NCBI RefSeq assembly: GCF_009914755.1
Contig: NC_060926.1
Direction: 5' to 3' (one strand)
Length of the DNA stretch: 64,000 nucleotides
Source of the DNA: the human T2T-CHM13v2.0 reference genome, Homo sapiens
Shown here piece after piece: positions 1-14,929 of the stretch. Under the pieces are notes generated by a model that saw only the letters and a program-made list of their open reading frames with translations, did not search any database and was not told the DNA's origin. Every line of letters starts with the position of its first letter. Positions within the stretch are counted from its first letter, which is position 1. The position numbers and the translations under genes are program-made.

Positions 1-566
1 TATGAGAATAAGCATGTCCTGCCCCACCCCCACACATAAATGCCACCTCGTAGCAGCCACACCGGGTGCCCAACTGCCTGGACCACCCCTGATGATGTCT
101 TTATTTTAATCACTCCCATTTTTGGAGATGCCTCCTCCCACCTATCCCCTCTCCCCTTGCTGAAATCCTGCCCATCCTTTGAGGCCTCACTCAAATGCCA
201 CCACCTCCGCACAGCCTCAGCCTGACTTTCTGTGAGTCAGAGTCAGAATTGTTCACTCCTCCGCACTCTCATCGGACTTTGACCGTGATATTATTAAATA
301 TATTTCTTTGGGCCCTGATACCAGCCTTGCAATAATATCATTGTCAGTGCATATCTCTGTCCAGCCCCTACCCTGCCCACTCTTCACTATGTGCCTGTGG
401 GACTCTCCTGATGGCCCCAACATGGACCTTTGCACGTGGTGATTGTTTATGGAGATGCCCAGCCAGGTGGCAAAGGCTGCAATGCTCCAACAGGGACTGT
501 TTGCATTCCGGGTAGGCAGGACCAGCACTGAAACTCTGGGCTGATGGGTGGCGGGGTTGTACTTAC

Positions 567-703
567 TTGGCATAGGCCTTCTCCAGCAGGCAGGGCCAGA
601 ACTCTTGGTTTTGGTGGCGAGGACGCACAAAGAGGCATTTATCTCCCTGGACAGGTAGGCGGTCATCAATCACCACTTCCACCCACTGGCCACATTGCCA
701 GAA
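567..703 (-). CDS. CAPN13: CAPN13 coding exon (exon 5): [45 protein letters not shown](K)
   Basis: Acceptor ctctcttccag|TTC, donor GCCAA|gtaagt; calpain motifs [11 protein letters not shown] and [13 protein letters not shown]; 137 nt, phase-0 start consistent with the previous exon. Confidence 0.96.
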
Positions 704-3076
704 CTGGAAGAGAGCCAAGCATATGCTTTGACAGAGTTGAGGCAGAAGGGAGCTCCTGGGTCCCCCAACCTAAGCCAAAAGTTGCAACATGACCTCTACA
801 ATGCAATAATGAACTCTATTCCGAACAAAATCCCAGCCCAGGTTGCCAGGCAGGAGACAGGCATGTCATCTCAACCGGCAGATGGAGAAAATGAGTCACA
901 GACCAACTTAGTCCAGGAAGATATAGTCAGGGAAGAAGCAGACTTGGGTTCTAGCTTCACTTTGCTCCTCAGCGTTGCCTCTCTTTGGCAAGTCCTTTGT
1001 GAGCTTCAGTGACACAAGTGAAACTCTCCAGGTACTTCTTGTGCACAAAATGGCAATAGGGAAGCAATGCTACCAACAGAGGAGAGTGGTGGGGGCAGGG
1101 CTAGCATGAGAGAGGCAGAGCCTGCAGGAGCTGAGGGCTTGAAGGAAGAGGCAGGATTTAAGCACGTGGCAGGGAGACAGGGAAGGTATCCCAGACAGGA
1201 GGCACACTGTGGGCAAAGGCCTGGAGACAGATGACATGGATGGCTCAGGAGGACCGAGCAGTGACAGCCTCCCTCTGGCCCCCCTCTTCTTCCATCAAGC
1301 TGGCCCTGCCATTATAGCAGCAGAAAGGATACTGGCTGGCATCGCTACTGCTAAGAGCGCAGATGAACCGGATGTTCCTCTCCAAAACAGACTGTTTGAA
1401 TCTTTAGCATTCAACTCTATATAGTTCACCGGGGACATGGCCAAATGAGGAAAATTCATAACAAATCCAGCTTTTTGGATTCTCTTTGCTGGCCTCCCCT
1501 GTGTACGAGAAGCAGCAGGGCTTCCAGCTTCAGCCCTGAGCTTTGGCAAAGGCAAATTTCCACTGGGTGGACTCCATGGAAAGCTGGGTGGATGGGATCG
1601 CTTATCCACGTGGCCTTTTCCACATCTGGATGTCCCAGATGTCAGGCTGTTGCATCCAGCCGAGGATGCAATTTCAGAGCAGAGATGGAGATTGAGACAG
1701 ATATGTCAGTGGAGACAAAGCAAAGATGTTTTAATAGCTGCTAATGAGCCAGTGCACTGTGGCGGGTTCTGCACAGCTGTGGACTTGTGTTCCTATTGCA
1801 GTGAGCAGCAAGATGTGTCGGCAGTGAGGTTGAGAGGCAACAGGGATGGTTTTAGGAGGGTGATTACAAAATGCATCCGAAGCACCGAGGGAAGCTAATC
1901 CCAGTCCCCAGAAGGGAGTACCAAAAGGACAACCTGGATTTTGTGCTTAATTGGGTGGCAGCATATAGTAGACAGCAGTCAGCTGGTGGAACTGTAGTTG
2001 AATGCTGGTCTTGCCTCTTATTACTTTAGCAACAGATGTTGAACAAGATAACTCTCTGGGACTCAGTTTTCTCATCTGTCAAATGGCAGTAAGAGTAGGA
2101 ACTGCCTCATAGGTTGTGATTAGGATTAGATGAGATCACAAAAGGTGAGATTATGAAAACAAGATTGTAGTTATGAGAGTAGAGACTCTTTGTCAGTGGC
2201 CGTTTGGTTCAGCACCTAGGACAATGCCTGGCACACAGTAGGACATTAAGAATGAGTAAGTCCCGGCTCGAATGAGCTTCTCTGGTTAGTTCATCTTAAA
2301 AATAACTCTTCGCCCTATCTTCCCACACCAGTAATGCTGACCAAACTTGCTCTCCCTATACAAAGGGGACATCAGATAAGTTTGCCACTCTCAGAGAGGA
2401 TGCAAAAGGCCTGACTGGTGGTCAAGAATGAGGCCACCACCTGCATTTCCTGGTTCATGCCTCTGGGTGGGGAGGGCTGGCATTTGGATCATGTCTGTAC
2501 CTTCCAAGAACAATGCTGGAGGCCATTTTGCCAACACCCAGTTGTCTGACAGGGAAACCAGAGTGTTTTAGGCAAAGCATCTGAGGTGACCTGGGCACTG
2601 GGTAACTTTTGGAAAGCAGTACCCAGGCTCCCAGCAATGAGAGGAAATCTACAGAGCTTAGTGCACTGCAGCCGCTTCTGGGGAACTGTGTGACTTTATT
2701 CACCACCCAAAAGGGCAAAGCGAGTCCTGCCTGGGCCTTGAGTTGTCCTAACCACCTAAGTAGCTCCACCAATGCTGGCACCCTGGGACAAGCCCAGACA
2801 CAGCTCAATCCTGGATCCTCTAGCTCACTCCCTGGTGTGGTCCTTGAACCAGCAGCACTAGCATCACCTGCCTGACAGAAGACCTAATATGCAAATAGTT
2901 GAATATAAGGAGGCAAGAGCAGGATAAAGGAGGGGCCCAGAAATAACAGAGGGAAACTTAGTTGACCAGAAGGATATAGGTCTTCAGATTGAAAAATATC
3001 ACTGAATTCCCAGACAAGATTAATTTTTAGCAGGTGTACATATAGATTTCTGAACTCCAAGGAGAGAGAGCATTTC

Positions 3077-3376
3077 TTTTTTTTTTTTTTGAGACGGAGT
3101 CTCGCTCTGTTGCCAGGCTGGAGTGCAGTAGTGCAGTGGCATGATCTCGGCTCACCGCAACCTCTGACTCCCTGGTTCAAGGATTCTCCTGCTTCTGCCT
3201 CCCAAGTAGCTGGGATTACAGGCATGCGCCACCACGCCCAGTTAATTTTTGTATTTTTAGTAGAGACGGGGTTTCACCATGTTGGCCAGGATGGCTTCGA
3301 TCTCCTGACCTCGTGATCTACCCACCTCAGCCTCCCAAAGTGCTGGGATTACAGGCGTGAGCCACCGCGCCTGGCC
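3077..3376 (-). mobile_element. Alu (AluSc-like)
   Basis: Full dimer with poly-T; TSD AGCA(T/C)TTCTT; small internal duplication gtgcagta-gtgcagtg. Confidence 0.93.
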
Positions 3377-3399
3377 AGCACTTCTTATAGACTCTCAGT

Positions 3400-5900
3400 T
3401 GGAAAGAACACATTGCATACAAAGTCAAAGTCCAGAGAATAGATTAACATGAGATTTTTCTTCTGCAGCATTGGAAGCTACAAGACAACGAAACAATGTT
3501 TACAGACTTTTCAGGAAAGGAAACGTGATCCAAGAATCCTAAACCTAACTGAAATATCATTTTTAAGTGAGAGCAAAGGGAAAACTCTCACATATTCTGA
3601 GGAATTATTCAAGGAAATTCTATCTAATAAAGGTTTAATTAGAACAAAAATTTTAAGGAGAAATGAAGGGTGGGAGAAACAGTGGTAGGCAATGAGTTTT
3701 AAATATGCTTTTTATAAGAAACACACCTATAACAAAGTGAGCATGAAATTAATAATAAAGAGATGAACAAAAATAGAACAGGGAAATGTGCATAACAGGA
3801 AGCCAAAGTGGCAATAGGAATATCAGGTAAAGAGGAACCCAAGGCCAGAGCATTAAATGCAACAAATAGGGATATTGTACAAATTTTGTTGCAATAAGAA
3901 AATAGCAAGATCGTAAACCTCTGGGCACCAAAGAACATAGCAGGAAAAGTGTAAAGCCAGAGCACCTGAAAGCATAAGAAGAATTCTCCAAACAATAACT
4001 ATGGGAGGAACTTCTCCTCTTTATGATCTAATGAATCAAGCAGACAAAAAATAAGTAAAGATGAAAGACATAATGACAGATAACACAATTGCAAATCATA
4101 GAGCTTAATTCAGTATGTAAAACTTACAACCACTGGATAATATAGATTGTTCTTGTGTGTCCATGAGCCATTTATAAAAACTGCTGTGGGCTTGGCTAGA
4201 AATAAAACTACTTTATTAATCTCCCCAAATGCAGAGAGTTATGAATTATATTCTCCAATTATAATAAAACAGAGACTCAGCAACTAAAAGATTATCCCTT
4301 GCAAAACTTAATCACTTGAAAATCAAATAAACTTTAAAGAAACAACCCCTATATGAAAAAAGATACAAAAACTAAAAATGTATTATCTTAAAAATTAATA
4401 AAAGTAAGACTTTTTATATCAAAACCTATGGATACACACCTCAGAGGAAAGTAAAAAGACTAAGAATATTAAGTGTGCAGTTTCAGAAAATCACAAAAAC
4501 AATAAAATTAGGAGAAAGTATAAAGGAATTAATAAAGATAGGATTGAAATAATTAGTTATATAGTAAACAAAACCTCAAAAGAAAAAGAATAGAAAGACT
4601 CATGAAAATCAAAAGTTGATTTGTCAAAAAACAAACAAACACAACACCCACACAACAGATCGACTGGATAAAGAAAAGCGGAATTAAGAAAAAAAGGAAA
4701 AGTAAAAATACAGCACAGATTGAGAAAGTAGATTTAGTCACAGATTACAAGAGGTTAAATGAATTGTCAGAGATTCATATAAGCAACTCAGTGGCAATAT
4801 ATTTGAAAATACCGAAGAAACAGTTGATTTTTCTAGTCGAGTATAAATTTCAAGAATTAACTTCGGTAGAAATAAAAGACCTGTTGGATAGCTATTGAAT
4901 ACATTGGAAGAATTAAAGAAATCACATTTAAAAGGGAGGCAGGCCCAGGTAATTTCACTACTGTCTATTTTACTTTCAAAGAACAGTTAATCAATGATTA
5001 GCTCTCATTATTCTACTTACTTCAAATCAAGGTATGTATAGCTCAATCAGTTTGTTTTAAAAAGCTAGCAGAACTTAAACATGATAAAAATAACATAAAC
5101 TAGAAATCAATTTTATGCATGATATAGGTACAAAAATTCCAAGACAATTTTTAGCAACTTGAATGTACTGAAAGAAGAGTAAATCAAGGAAGCACATTAC
5201 TGAAGTCAAGAGAAGGCAGGATTTGGCTCTTGTCACTCATTCAAAATTCTGAGGTTCTAGCTAATGTGACAAAGCAAGAGAGCAAAAGAAGTTCTGCAAA
5301 TATTAAAAGGAGATAGAAAATTATCTATTTGCAGATAATATTATTAGATAACTAAACCATTCCAGATTCTGTTAAAGAAAGAATTAAGAACTAATAAAAG
5401 AATTTGGTAAGTTGGCTAGATGCAGTTTAATATATGGTAAGTAGTAGCTTTTCTCTTTTTTAGCAGCACCAAGTTCAAAATGAGGGGAAAAAGACCTCAT
5501 TTACATGAGCCACAAAATCATAAAATGTTTGAGAATGAATTAATCAAGAAAGATACACCACCAATATAAATATAACACTTTATTGAAGGACAGAAAACTA
5601 GTTCTGAATAAATGGAAAGGTATCCCGTGTTTCTGGAAAGGAAAACTTAAAACAATAAAAATGTAATTTTTCTAAATTAATACATAAATGCTGCTGCATT
5701 GTGTATCATAGTGGCTTTTTTTAAAAAAAATAGACAAAATAATTTTAAAATTCTCATGGAAGAATAAATGTGCAAGAATTACCAAGATATTTTTGAGAAA
5801 ATGGTAATGAATAATGAAGGAGAACTTATCCTACCAGATGTTACCACTTCCTATAAAGCTACTGTAATCAAAATAGCACGATATGGCACAGGAATAGACA
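3400..5900 (+). mobile_element. Ancient degenerate L1 (L1M-type) ORF1/ORF2 fragments
   Basis: A-rich; residual L1 translations (PRILNLTEISF; LPDVTTSYKATVIK resembling [14 protein letters not shown]). Confidence 0.7.
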
Positions 5901-6182
5901 GAGACAAAAACTCGATGTTAGTTACAGGGTTCTCGATCAGTGACTCTTTGCTAATCATTTCTGTCATTTCTTTTTATTTACACAAAAACATTTCAACTCT
6001 CATCTTCCCTGTGTGTTGTCAGATTATAAGCTTGAATCCTTTTTTTGAAGGTAGGGAGGGTAACTAACACAACTGTCACTTTCATCTCAGGCTTCCCGGC
6101 CACGAGAAAACTTAAGACTTTCACCTTCCCTGTACTCACAGAGAACCCCATCATATAATGAGCGCTGCAAGGGCACACGTAC

Positions 6183-6298
6183 CCGGAAACGGAAAATGCC
6201 AGCATACTGGTGTGAAAAGCTTTGGACCATCAGGATCTTCTGCCTGTACTGTGGGTTCTGAGTCAAGGATCCCAGTGCTGCCAGGAACCAGCAGTCAG
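6183..6298 (-). CDS. CAPN13: CAPN13 coding exon (exon 4) with catalytic Cys93: (A)[38 protein letters not shown]
   Basis: Acceptor ctcccctcacag|CT, donor CGG|gtacgt; DCWFLAA calpain active-site motif; 116 nt, phase 1 to phase 0. Confidence 0.96.
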
Positions 6299-6504
6299 CT
6301 GTGAGGGGAGATAAGCCAGGAAAGGCTGATTGGACACACTTGGAAACCCTCCCCCATAATTTCAAAGGTCCTTACCACCAGAGGCTACACAATTCCTTCT
6401 AAATAATGCATTTTTTTTCCTCTGAGAGAGGAGAACCGGGGGAGGGAGTCACAGGGACTGGCTCCAAGCAAGATAAAGAAGGGGCAGTGGTGGTGGTGGT
6501 GTTC

Positions 6505-6813
<309 letters not shown>

Positions 6814-7818
6814 TGATGCTGTGTACAATTGAGGAAAACTGATTCGCGTTTTTCTTTGCTGTTAGCTCAGCCCGTCCCTGTGCAGAAGTAGGGGGACGTT
6901 CTCTCCTTTTCCTCCTTGAGGGATGCATGGCCTCGAGTTTCTCCTTGGATGTCGTTGTAAGCCCTTTTGAGCCTCTCCTCCCCTCCCTGAGTCCTTTCTC
7001 CTTCACCCCTAACATGATCAATTTGTCTTTGAATGCCATTTCACACCAGACACTGGGTTCAGTACAGAAGCCACAAAGATGGCCTCAGAGAGGTCCTTTC
7101 TCCAGTTAGGTGAAACTCCAACAGGGGAACCCTTGGCTGGTGGCCAGGCAGGCTCTATTGACTTGGTCCAAGGCACGGTGATTTCACCAGGCGAAGTTCA
7201 AGTACAGGACCTATCATCAGCAAGCTGACGTTTTGAAAGCTTAGAGTGTATTCTCAGAAGGGTTGTTGTTTTTGCTGTCTCCCAACTCCTATCCACTTTC
7301 CAGCCAGCTCTGCCCTTTCACTCCAAGGCTTCTCTTTCTGAGGTTTCTCTTGGCCACACCTGGAACAGCCCAGGTACCTCCTCTTAGGCAGCCCCTCCTG
7401 TTTCCCTGTCCATGCCCTCCAGCTCTCAGCAGCTCCTTTGCTCTGGGAATGTCTGGTGGGGTGGGAAGCAGTCAGAGAGTGCTGGATTCTTAACTCTGTT
7501 GCTAACTGAGTGTGTGACATTAAGCAAATTATTTTACCTCTTGCACTCTCCATTGTCACATATATAAAATGGGGTTGTTGCACACACAAGGTATCTTGCA
7601 CGGTCATTGCAGAAACTCAGTGTATGTTTGCTTTCATTTTTCCTGTCTCCTTTTCCCCTGCTCATTGCAGGCTGCAGGACTGGGCGTGAGCAGTTTGTCC
7701 ACGGCAGCACCAAGGGAACTGGCCTTTCTCCCTCAGAAGTGGGGCAGGACTCTGTGGGTAAGCACCACCCTCCACCACTTCCTATCCAGGGCACGGAGGG
7801 AAGATGTTGCACTCTTAC

Positions 7819-7891
7819 CTGCGCCTCCTTGTTGGATGTCAAATCTGCTTATATCATCCAGGATGAAGTGAGGAGGACCCCCTGGTAGATC
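7819..7891 (-). CDS. CAPN13: CAPN13 coding exon (exon 3): DLPGGPPHFILDDISRFDIQQGGA
   Basis: Acceptor ctctttcctaaag|GAT, donor GCAG|gtaaga; calpain motif FI.D.ISRFDI.QG; 73 nt. Confidence 0.96.
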
Positions 7892-9869
7892 CTTTAGGAA
7901 AGAGGGAGAAAAGCTATGAACATCGTTTATTCCTTTGTATCCCAAAGCGACATCATTCACTTTGTCTTTCAAGGGTCGAGGTTAATTCTTAAATAGGTGC
8001 TTAAAATCCGAGTTAGGAAAGTTCACCACGTTCTTCAGCCTTTATTGCTACCAGGAAGGCAGCAGGTGTCACGGAGTGTAAATGTAACTGACAAGACAGG
8101 CCATAAATGCATTAGCATACTACATGGAGAGATAACATAAATAAGGACTTGGAGTCCTTGGATCAAATAGCCATTCCATCTCGACAAGGCAGTGTTTTAT
8201 TAAGAGGTTGTAAATAAACCATCAAAAATGAATAGAATACATTTATTAGAGGAGAGGTTTATAAACATAATAAAGTACTATAACTTTCATAATAAAGCTT
8301 TTGTTGTGAAATGGTATATCTCAGAAATTAGCATAGGTATTTTGGACTACAGGTTTAAGTCTAGCCGTGTGCTGTAAGGGATACAAGGTACACATGACTC
8401 AGCTCTTTGCCCACTCCCTGGGTAACTCACAGACCGGGTCTGGAAGGCCGCAGTCCCCTTGTGTGAGGAGCTGGTACTCAGTGCCCGGTCCTTCCTTAAC
8501 TTCTAACACACATAGTGCCTGCCAGCCAGAGACAGTGGTTATGGAGGATTCCGCCAGTGCTGCCACATCTGGGAAGAATATGAAGAACTGTCAGCAGGCA
8601 CCAAAATTGTGAGAGTTCCTAAAGGGGATCCCCAGGCACTTTGGGAGAACACCAGGCCACAGGTCTGGCTTCTGCCCCAGCACCAGCCAGCCCTCTAGAC
8701 TTGGCCAGGATGACCTCGGCCTCCTCTCTGTGCAGCTCTTCCTGGATTTGCATAATTTGGTAATTGGTCCTTATATCATTTCTTTTCACATTGACCAATA
8801 AGTCTGCAGAGAGCAGGCCCGCAAACTGGAATTGGATTCATTTGCTCAGTAGCCATTCATGTACAGAGTCATGTGCCTTGTAGAACCTGCCAGCTCTTCA
8901 TAAACTGCCCAGGTTTCCTGGAAGAGATGCACACTAAGGGGAAAACGAAGGTGTGCCCGCCTGCAAACACAGGGTCCTGGCTGCGGGGATCATTTTACCA
9001 AACTCCTCCCGCTGCTTTCTCTACAACTAACTGACCCCGTCACATGCCGGGAGGGGAACTCTCAGGCCCAGGCCCTCCCGGGTGAGGGGGACCCTGGGGT
9101 GGCACCAGGTCCGACCCTCTGCCAGAGCCATCGTGGGCAGAACTTTGGCATTTCCTCCAATGCAAGAAAGAGGGAAGGACATCCGGAGGGCCTTCGGCTG
9201 CATGCAGAGCTCCAAGTAGAGCCAGTTTTAAAATGGTGTAGGGCATTTCAGTAGCCTTTACTTGTCTCCTCTCTCTACTGGAAAAGGGGACTTAGGGTCT
9301 CAAAGGAGGCCTGCTGTCAAAGATCCTCCACTCGTGAGAAGTAAAGAAGAGATGGAGGCTGTGGCATTTTCAGACCAGGAACAAAAATGGCTTTGCTCCA
9401 TTTTCTTGACCTTGGCCACAGCTCTTCTTCACTGTGGTCCTGCTAGCTCCCCTCCAGGGATCCCCAGGGCAGGAGAAGGTGTGCTTGGAAAGCCCATTCA
9501 GACAGACCTGTTGTGGAATCCTACTCTAATATTTCTCCCTGGGTGACCTTGAGACCTTGAACAATTCCCGTTACTTTGCTGTGCCTCAGTTTCCTCATGT
9601 GTAAAAAGGAACAATAATACAAAATGTAAAGACAGTTGAGAGAATCTAATGACGATGCAATCAAGGCAATGGCTGTCATTCATCAAACCCTTGCTGAGGG
9701 CGGGTACCTTGGGTTCTCTCTGGTAGGCTCCCAACAGCCTTGTAAAGCTGGACCAGTCCTTACATTTACAAATGAGGAAGGATGTGAAATACTTAGCGCA
9801 GTGTCTGACATAGTACATGTTCAACAAATATTGATCCCCCTCTTTTGAAATATTTGCAAAATTAAAAAG

Positions 9870-10930
9870 GCTATACTCAGACAAACCCATAGCCTCAGAT
9901 GCATTCATTATTAAACAAGATAGAATAAAAACATGAATTTAGCAGTCAATTCATAGATCTTAGAAAGAAAAAGACAAAAAGAGCCTCAAAAATAGGAGGA
10001 AGAACTGAAAAGAACAATTAGTGAATTATATACCAGAAAAACAGCAAGATTAATAAATAAATTGTTCTATTATTTGCCATTGAAAGTAATGGCCAATAAT
10101 GGTTTTTGCCATTACTTTCAATGGCAAAAACCACAATTACTTTTGCACCAACCTAATATTTGAGGGAGGGTTACATAGACCCAACCTTTGGCAAATATGG
10201 TAGAGAAACCCAAATAAAAGTAGAATTAAAAATTGCGTTTTAGAAATATAAAATCATGATGTAGAATTCTATGCCAATCAATTAAAAAATCTGATGATTT
10301 TTTGACAAAAATTAACTTGGCTAACATTGACTCATGTTAGTAAATAAGGTGAAAAGACTAACAGCCTTGGAATAGTATTTTAAAGTTACCAAAGAGTATC
10401 ACCCACATGCGCTGTAAAGGCTTACAGGTACATGCAGTTTTTCCTCTGAGTTCCCTCAAACTTTCAGAGAATAGACAATTCCAGTGTCATTGACAGTTTC
10501 AGTGTAAAAATAAAAATTAAAAAAGAATCCTGCCACCATTTAAGAAGCCAGCATAGCCTTGATGCCCAACCTGAGAGAAAACACACAGACATACCAGACT
10601 TATTTTGGATAATTTGTTATCATCGTATAGTATTTGCTGTAGAAATGCAGAATGCAAGGATAGTTTCACATCAGACATCTAATAATATGAAGTAGCACTT
10701 ACATGGGCCAAAGGGAGAAAAATTTGTATCCTTTCAATAAATTCTATGAAGGCATTTGATAAACATACAACAACTTTTCATGATTTACTAGAACAATAAA
10801 AGTTAAAAACAAAAATTTTAGCTAATTAGGTAAAAAAGATATTTTAATGTGATGAAAATTCAATGGTGATGATTTCAAACCACAAATCAATAGTCAACTT
10901 CAAGTTTATGGGAAAACATAGGAGTCATTT
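9870..10930 (+). mobile_element. Ancient L1M ORF2 fragment
   Basis: A-rich degenerate similarity to L1 RT region (gaaggcatttgataaacatacaacaac; agaagccagcatagccttgatgcccaacc). Confidence 0.55.
10073..10158. mobile_element. MADE1 (Hsmar1 MITE), rearranged
   Basis: Right part matches MADE1 (ttttgccattactttcaatggcaaaaaccacaattacttttgcaccaacctaa + TA); left TIR replaced by an inverted copy of the core. Confidence 0.85.
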
Positions 10931-11615
10931 TCATCAAAGGTGGGCACAAAAGCAGCTTCTATGTCTCCTGTCCTCTAAGCTGCTTGTTCCTTCCGGACTC
11001 TGGACTTTAGAGCTGTGACCAATAATCGAAAAAGAGAGATGGTAGGAAGGGATGGAAATGATACCCAGGAGCGTTTTAGTCTGCCAGGCTGACTTCCTGA
11101 GATGAGGCCCATTAAGGAAACAGGTAAAGATGGCTGGGAAAATGTGAATGTGCTGACTCTGGGAAGGCCACCTGTTACCAGACGGGTCAGGCACATGAGG
11201 GCAGTGAAGCCAGTGTGATGAGAACCTGGATTAGATTCAGGCTGAACTGCCAGCAATGGGCAGTCTCCAGCCGACTGTGAATCACCCAGCAGCTTCACAG
11301 ACAGGGAGACTGCTGTGTCCCACTTCCCACTACTTTGATTTCACAGGTCATTCAGAGATAGCGTTCAAGATTCACATAGCTTCTCAGGGGATTCTGAGAC
11401 CCAGCCAGGGCCAAGGAGCAGCTTCAGAGAAGTTGACCGATTTGTTCCAGGTCACACAAGAAACAGGCTCTGAATCAGGTGTCTGCCTCCATAGTGTCTT
11501 GTTCTTCACTCTGACCACACCAGCAGGCAGCATCTTCTCAACTTTATGTTTTCAGATCCTGTGAGATGGACTTGGCCTTTGAGGGCTCTGAAACATTATT
11601 AGTGCAGAAGGAAGT

Positions 11616-12208
11616 TGGGAGGGTTAATTTTATATACCATCCTAACTGCATCACGGAGCGCCCAGATACTTGGCTAAACATTACTTCTGGGCATGTCCAT
11701 GAGGGTGCTTCCACATGACTTTAACATTTGAGTTGGGGGATTTAGCAAAACAGATTCCCTTCCCAGGGTGGGTGGGCACCATCCAGTCTATTCAGGGCCT
11801 AAACAGAAAAAAAGATAAACGGAAAATTTGCCCTTTCTCTGCCTGACTCCTTGAGCTGAGACACTGGTCTTTTCCTGTCCTTGGACAGGGAATTACATCA
11901 TCCATTCTCTGGTTCTCTGGCCTCCCACTCAGATTTAACTACATCACTGGCTTTCCTGGGTCTCCAGATTGCAGGTGGCATATTGTGGGACTTCTCATCC
12001 TCTATAAGCATGTGAGCCAATCCCTCCTAGTAAATCTCTCATCATAAATATATCAATAGGATATCTATTAGGATATACATCAATATGTTAATGAGATATA
12101 TACTAGGATATATTTATATAAGATATATTGATATATTTACTAGCAATAAATATGTCAACAGGGTATATATTAATGATTCTTTTTCTCTGGAGAACCCTGA
12201 GTAATACA
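11616..12208 (+). mobile_element. MLT2-family (ERVL) solo LTR
   Basis: TG...CA ends (tgggagggttaatttt ... ctctggagaaccctgagtaataca), TSD-like gaagt/gaagc, internal AT-rich expansion at ~12045-12170. Confidence 0.85.
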
Positions 12209-13093
12209 GAAGCCAACAGCAATAGTCAAGCTAAGTAATCTTAGGAACTTAATTCTGGATTGTGGAGACCTTTCTCCAGGCAAAGCTGGGGGGTAATCTG
12301 TGTTATATTAGGTATGTCAGAGCTCTTGTAATGCAAGGGCTCCTGGCATCTTAGAAAATACGCTCTCTGATGTGATCTCAAGCCAGCTGCTCTACCCTAA
12401 TCGTCTCCAGAGGTAGACGGAGAAATATGCCAAGAAATAATGTCTTCCATGTGACAGCACTCGGCATATTTCTGCATTCTCTCTAAAGACTTCCACATCC
12501 TCACACGGCATGCTGCTCTTGGATAAGAGAGCCCTGTGTTTAGCATCTTAGTATTCGGCCCTTTCACATGGTGGCCAGAGTTCAGTCTGGGACAGGTGTC
12601 AGCGTCACTCCCTTTTCTATTTTTGCTAGAGGACTTAGATTTATTGGCATCAAAGTTCTCTGGCTGAATGACACTTGGCTGCTTGCAGGGTCACTTTCTG
12701 CCATTTTTTGTTACCTATTGCCTTATGGAACATTTTCATAACCTAACCTGCACTTACAACTTTACCTTGTTAACCTCTTCCTTTCCTGAAGAGCACATTT
12801 TGGTCGCAAGGTGAGTCGTTTCTAGTGAATGATCCTTTCAGAAACTGCTCTGGCTGTGTGGAAGGAAGGTGTCACTGGGATAGGCAGTGCCTCCCTCTAG
12901 GATGGCCACAGGCGGGAAGCCACAACGGGGCTGTGCTGAGCTTCGAACACCTGTTAAGCAACGTGCTTGGGGCACACAGCCCATTTTTCAGTTGAGAAGT
13001 AAAACGTCTTTTACTATAAAATGGGTACAAAGATGAAATTTCAGTTTATCTGACAACACTGGTGATTGTTGTGAAGCTCTACTGTCTACCATC

Positions 13094-13301
13094 GTGTACT
13101 GTCCAATATGGTAGCCACAAGCCATATGTGGATACTTACATTTAAATTAATTTAAATTCAATAAAAGTTAAACCTTTAATCCCTCAGTTGCATCAGTCAC
13201 ATTTCAAGTGCTCAATAGCCACACGGGACTAGTGGCTACTGTATTGAACAGTGCGGGAAGAACATTTCCATCATCACAGAATGTTCTATTGGATGGTGCT
13301 G
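13094..13301 (+). mobile_element. MER3-like hAT-Charlie MITE
   Basis: ctgtccaatatggtagccac...catttcaagtgctcaatagccac...gaacatttccatcatcacagaatgttctattgga matches recalled MER3. Confidence 0.8.
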
Positions 13302-14100
13302 ATCTATTTAATGAGGATGATAGTATTATCTACCTCACAGGACTGTGAGGGTAGTTAAATGAAATATTGCATGTAAAGTGCTTAGCATAATACTTCACTC
13401 GTGTGCATGCTTGATAAACTATCCATGAAATAAAAATTCTCCTAAAAGGGGTCCACTCTAAGTACTAAATTTAGCTCAGGGAAATATCACATAGATACCT
13501 CACATGTAAGTATAATCCTTAGCACTGTCCCTTGCTGAGACCAGGGTTGTAGGAAGCATTGAGGCTGATGAGGAGTCGGGTCCTCTCAGTGCCATTTGCA
13601 CAGGGCACCATCATGGGCTACTGTGGAGCCTGGCTGGGGGAGGGGGAGGGCTTGGGAACAGAATAAAGCAGGATGTGAACGGGGCTTCCTTCTACTTCAG
13701 AAAAAGTTTCAGCAGCAAAATGGTTTAGATTATTGGATTAATTGTTAGAGGAAGGAAGGATAAGAGCCAGAGGAAGGAAAGGGTAGGTAAGATGGCAGGG
13801 AGGAGAAAGAAGGAAAGATATATGACACAAAACTTTTCTGCACCAGGCATAGAAAGCTAAGCCTGGTTCTCATGCCCCTGACTTCTGGGCTAGTGTTGAA
13901 CCTGCCAAGCTGGGATGAATACTCAAAACAGAATGATGTCCCTTGTGGTTTACCAGTTGCCTACAGGAGGAGCTTTCTCATTGTCAGGAAAAACTTAGAA
14001 TGTGGAGATGGCCTAAAACATCTTGGTGCTACCTCAGCCATTATATAGTTGAAGTTTAAGGGCCACTGGTCAGACCTCTGGACAGGCACTCAGCAAGCTA

Positions 14101-14498
<398 letters not shown>

Positions 14499-14929
14499 TC
14501 AGCCCCTGACCCACATTTTCCCTTGAAAGAGTTTTCTTAAACTGGCCAAGGACTGAAGCTGAGATGGCTGGACTGTGAAAACCCAAGAATCCCAGGGAAT
14601 AGGCCCTGAGGCTGCTACCTTATGACTTTTCCCAAATTAATCACAGTAACAAAAACTAGTGTTTACTTAGTGTTTAGACTGTGCTAGACACTATTCTAAG
14701 TATTGTACTCATTTAGTACTTAAAGTAATCATATGTGGTACAGGTGCCATTTTTATCCCTAAAAAGGGAAAAATGGGCAGAACATAGATCAACTTTAGAG
14801 AGGGATTGATTCCTGTTTTACTCACATGAGGTAGAAGATTCTACTAGTGCAAAAAACATTACTAGTGACAGGCAGGAGCCCAGAATAGGACATAAGCTTA
14901 TGATGAGGCCTTACAAGGGTCATGTAACA

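Noticed and set aside
8950-9250. GC-rich intronic patch with short ORFs as a cryptic CAPN13 exon
   Set aside because: No calpain similarity, only weak splice signals, and exons 2 and 3 already join seamlessly.
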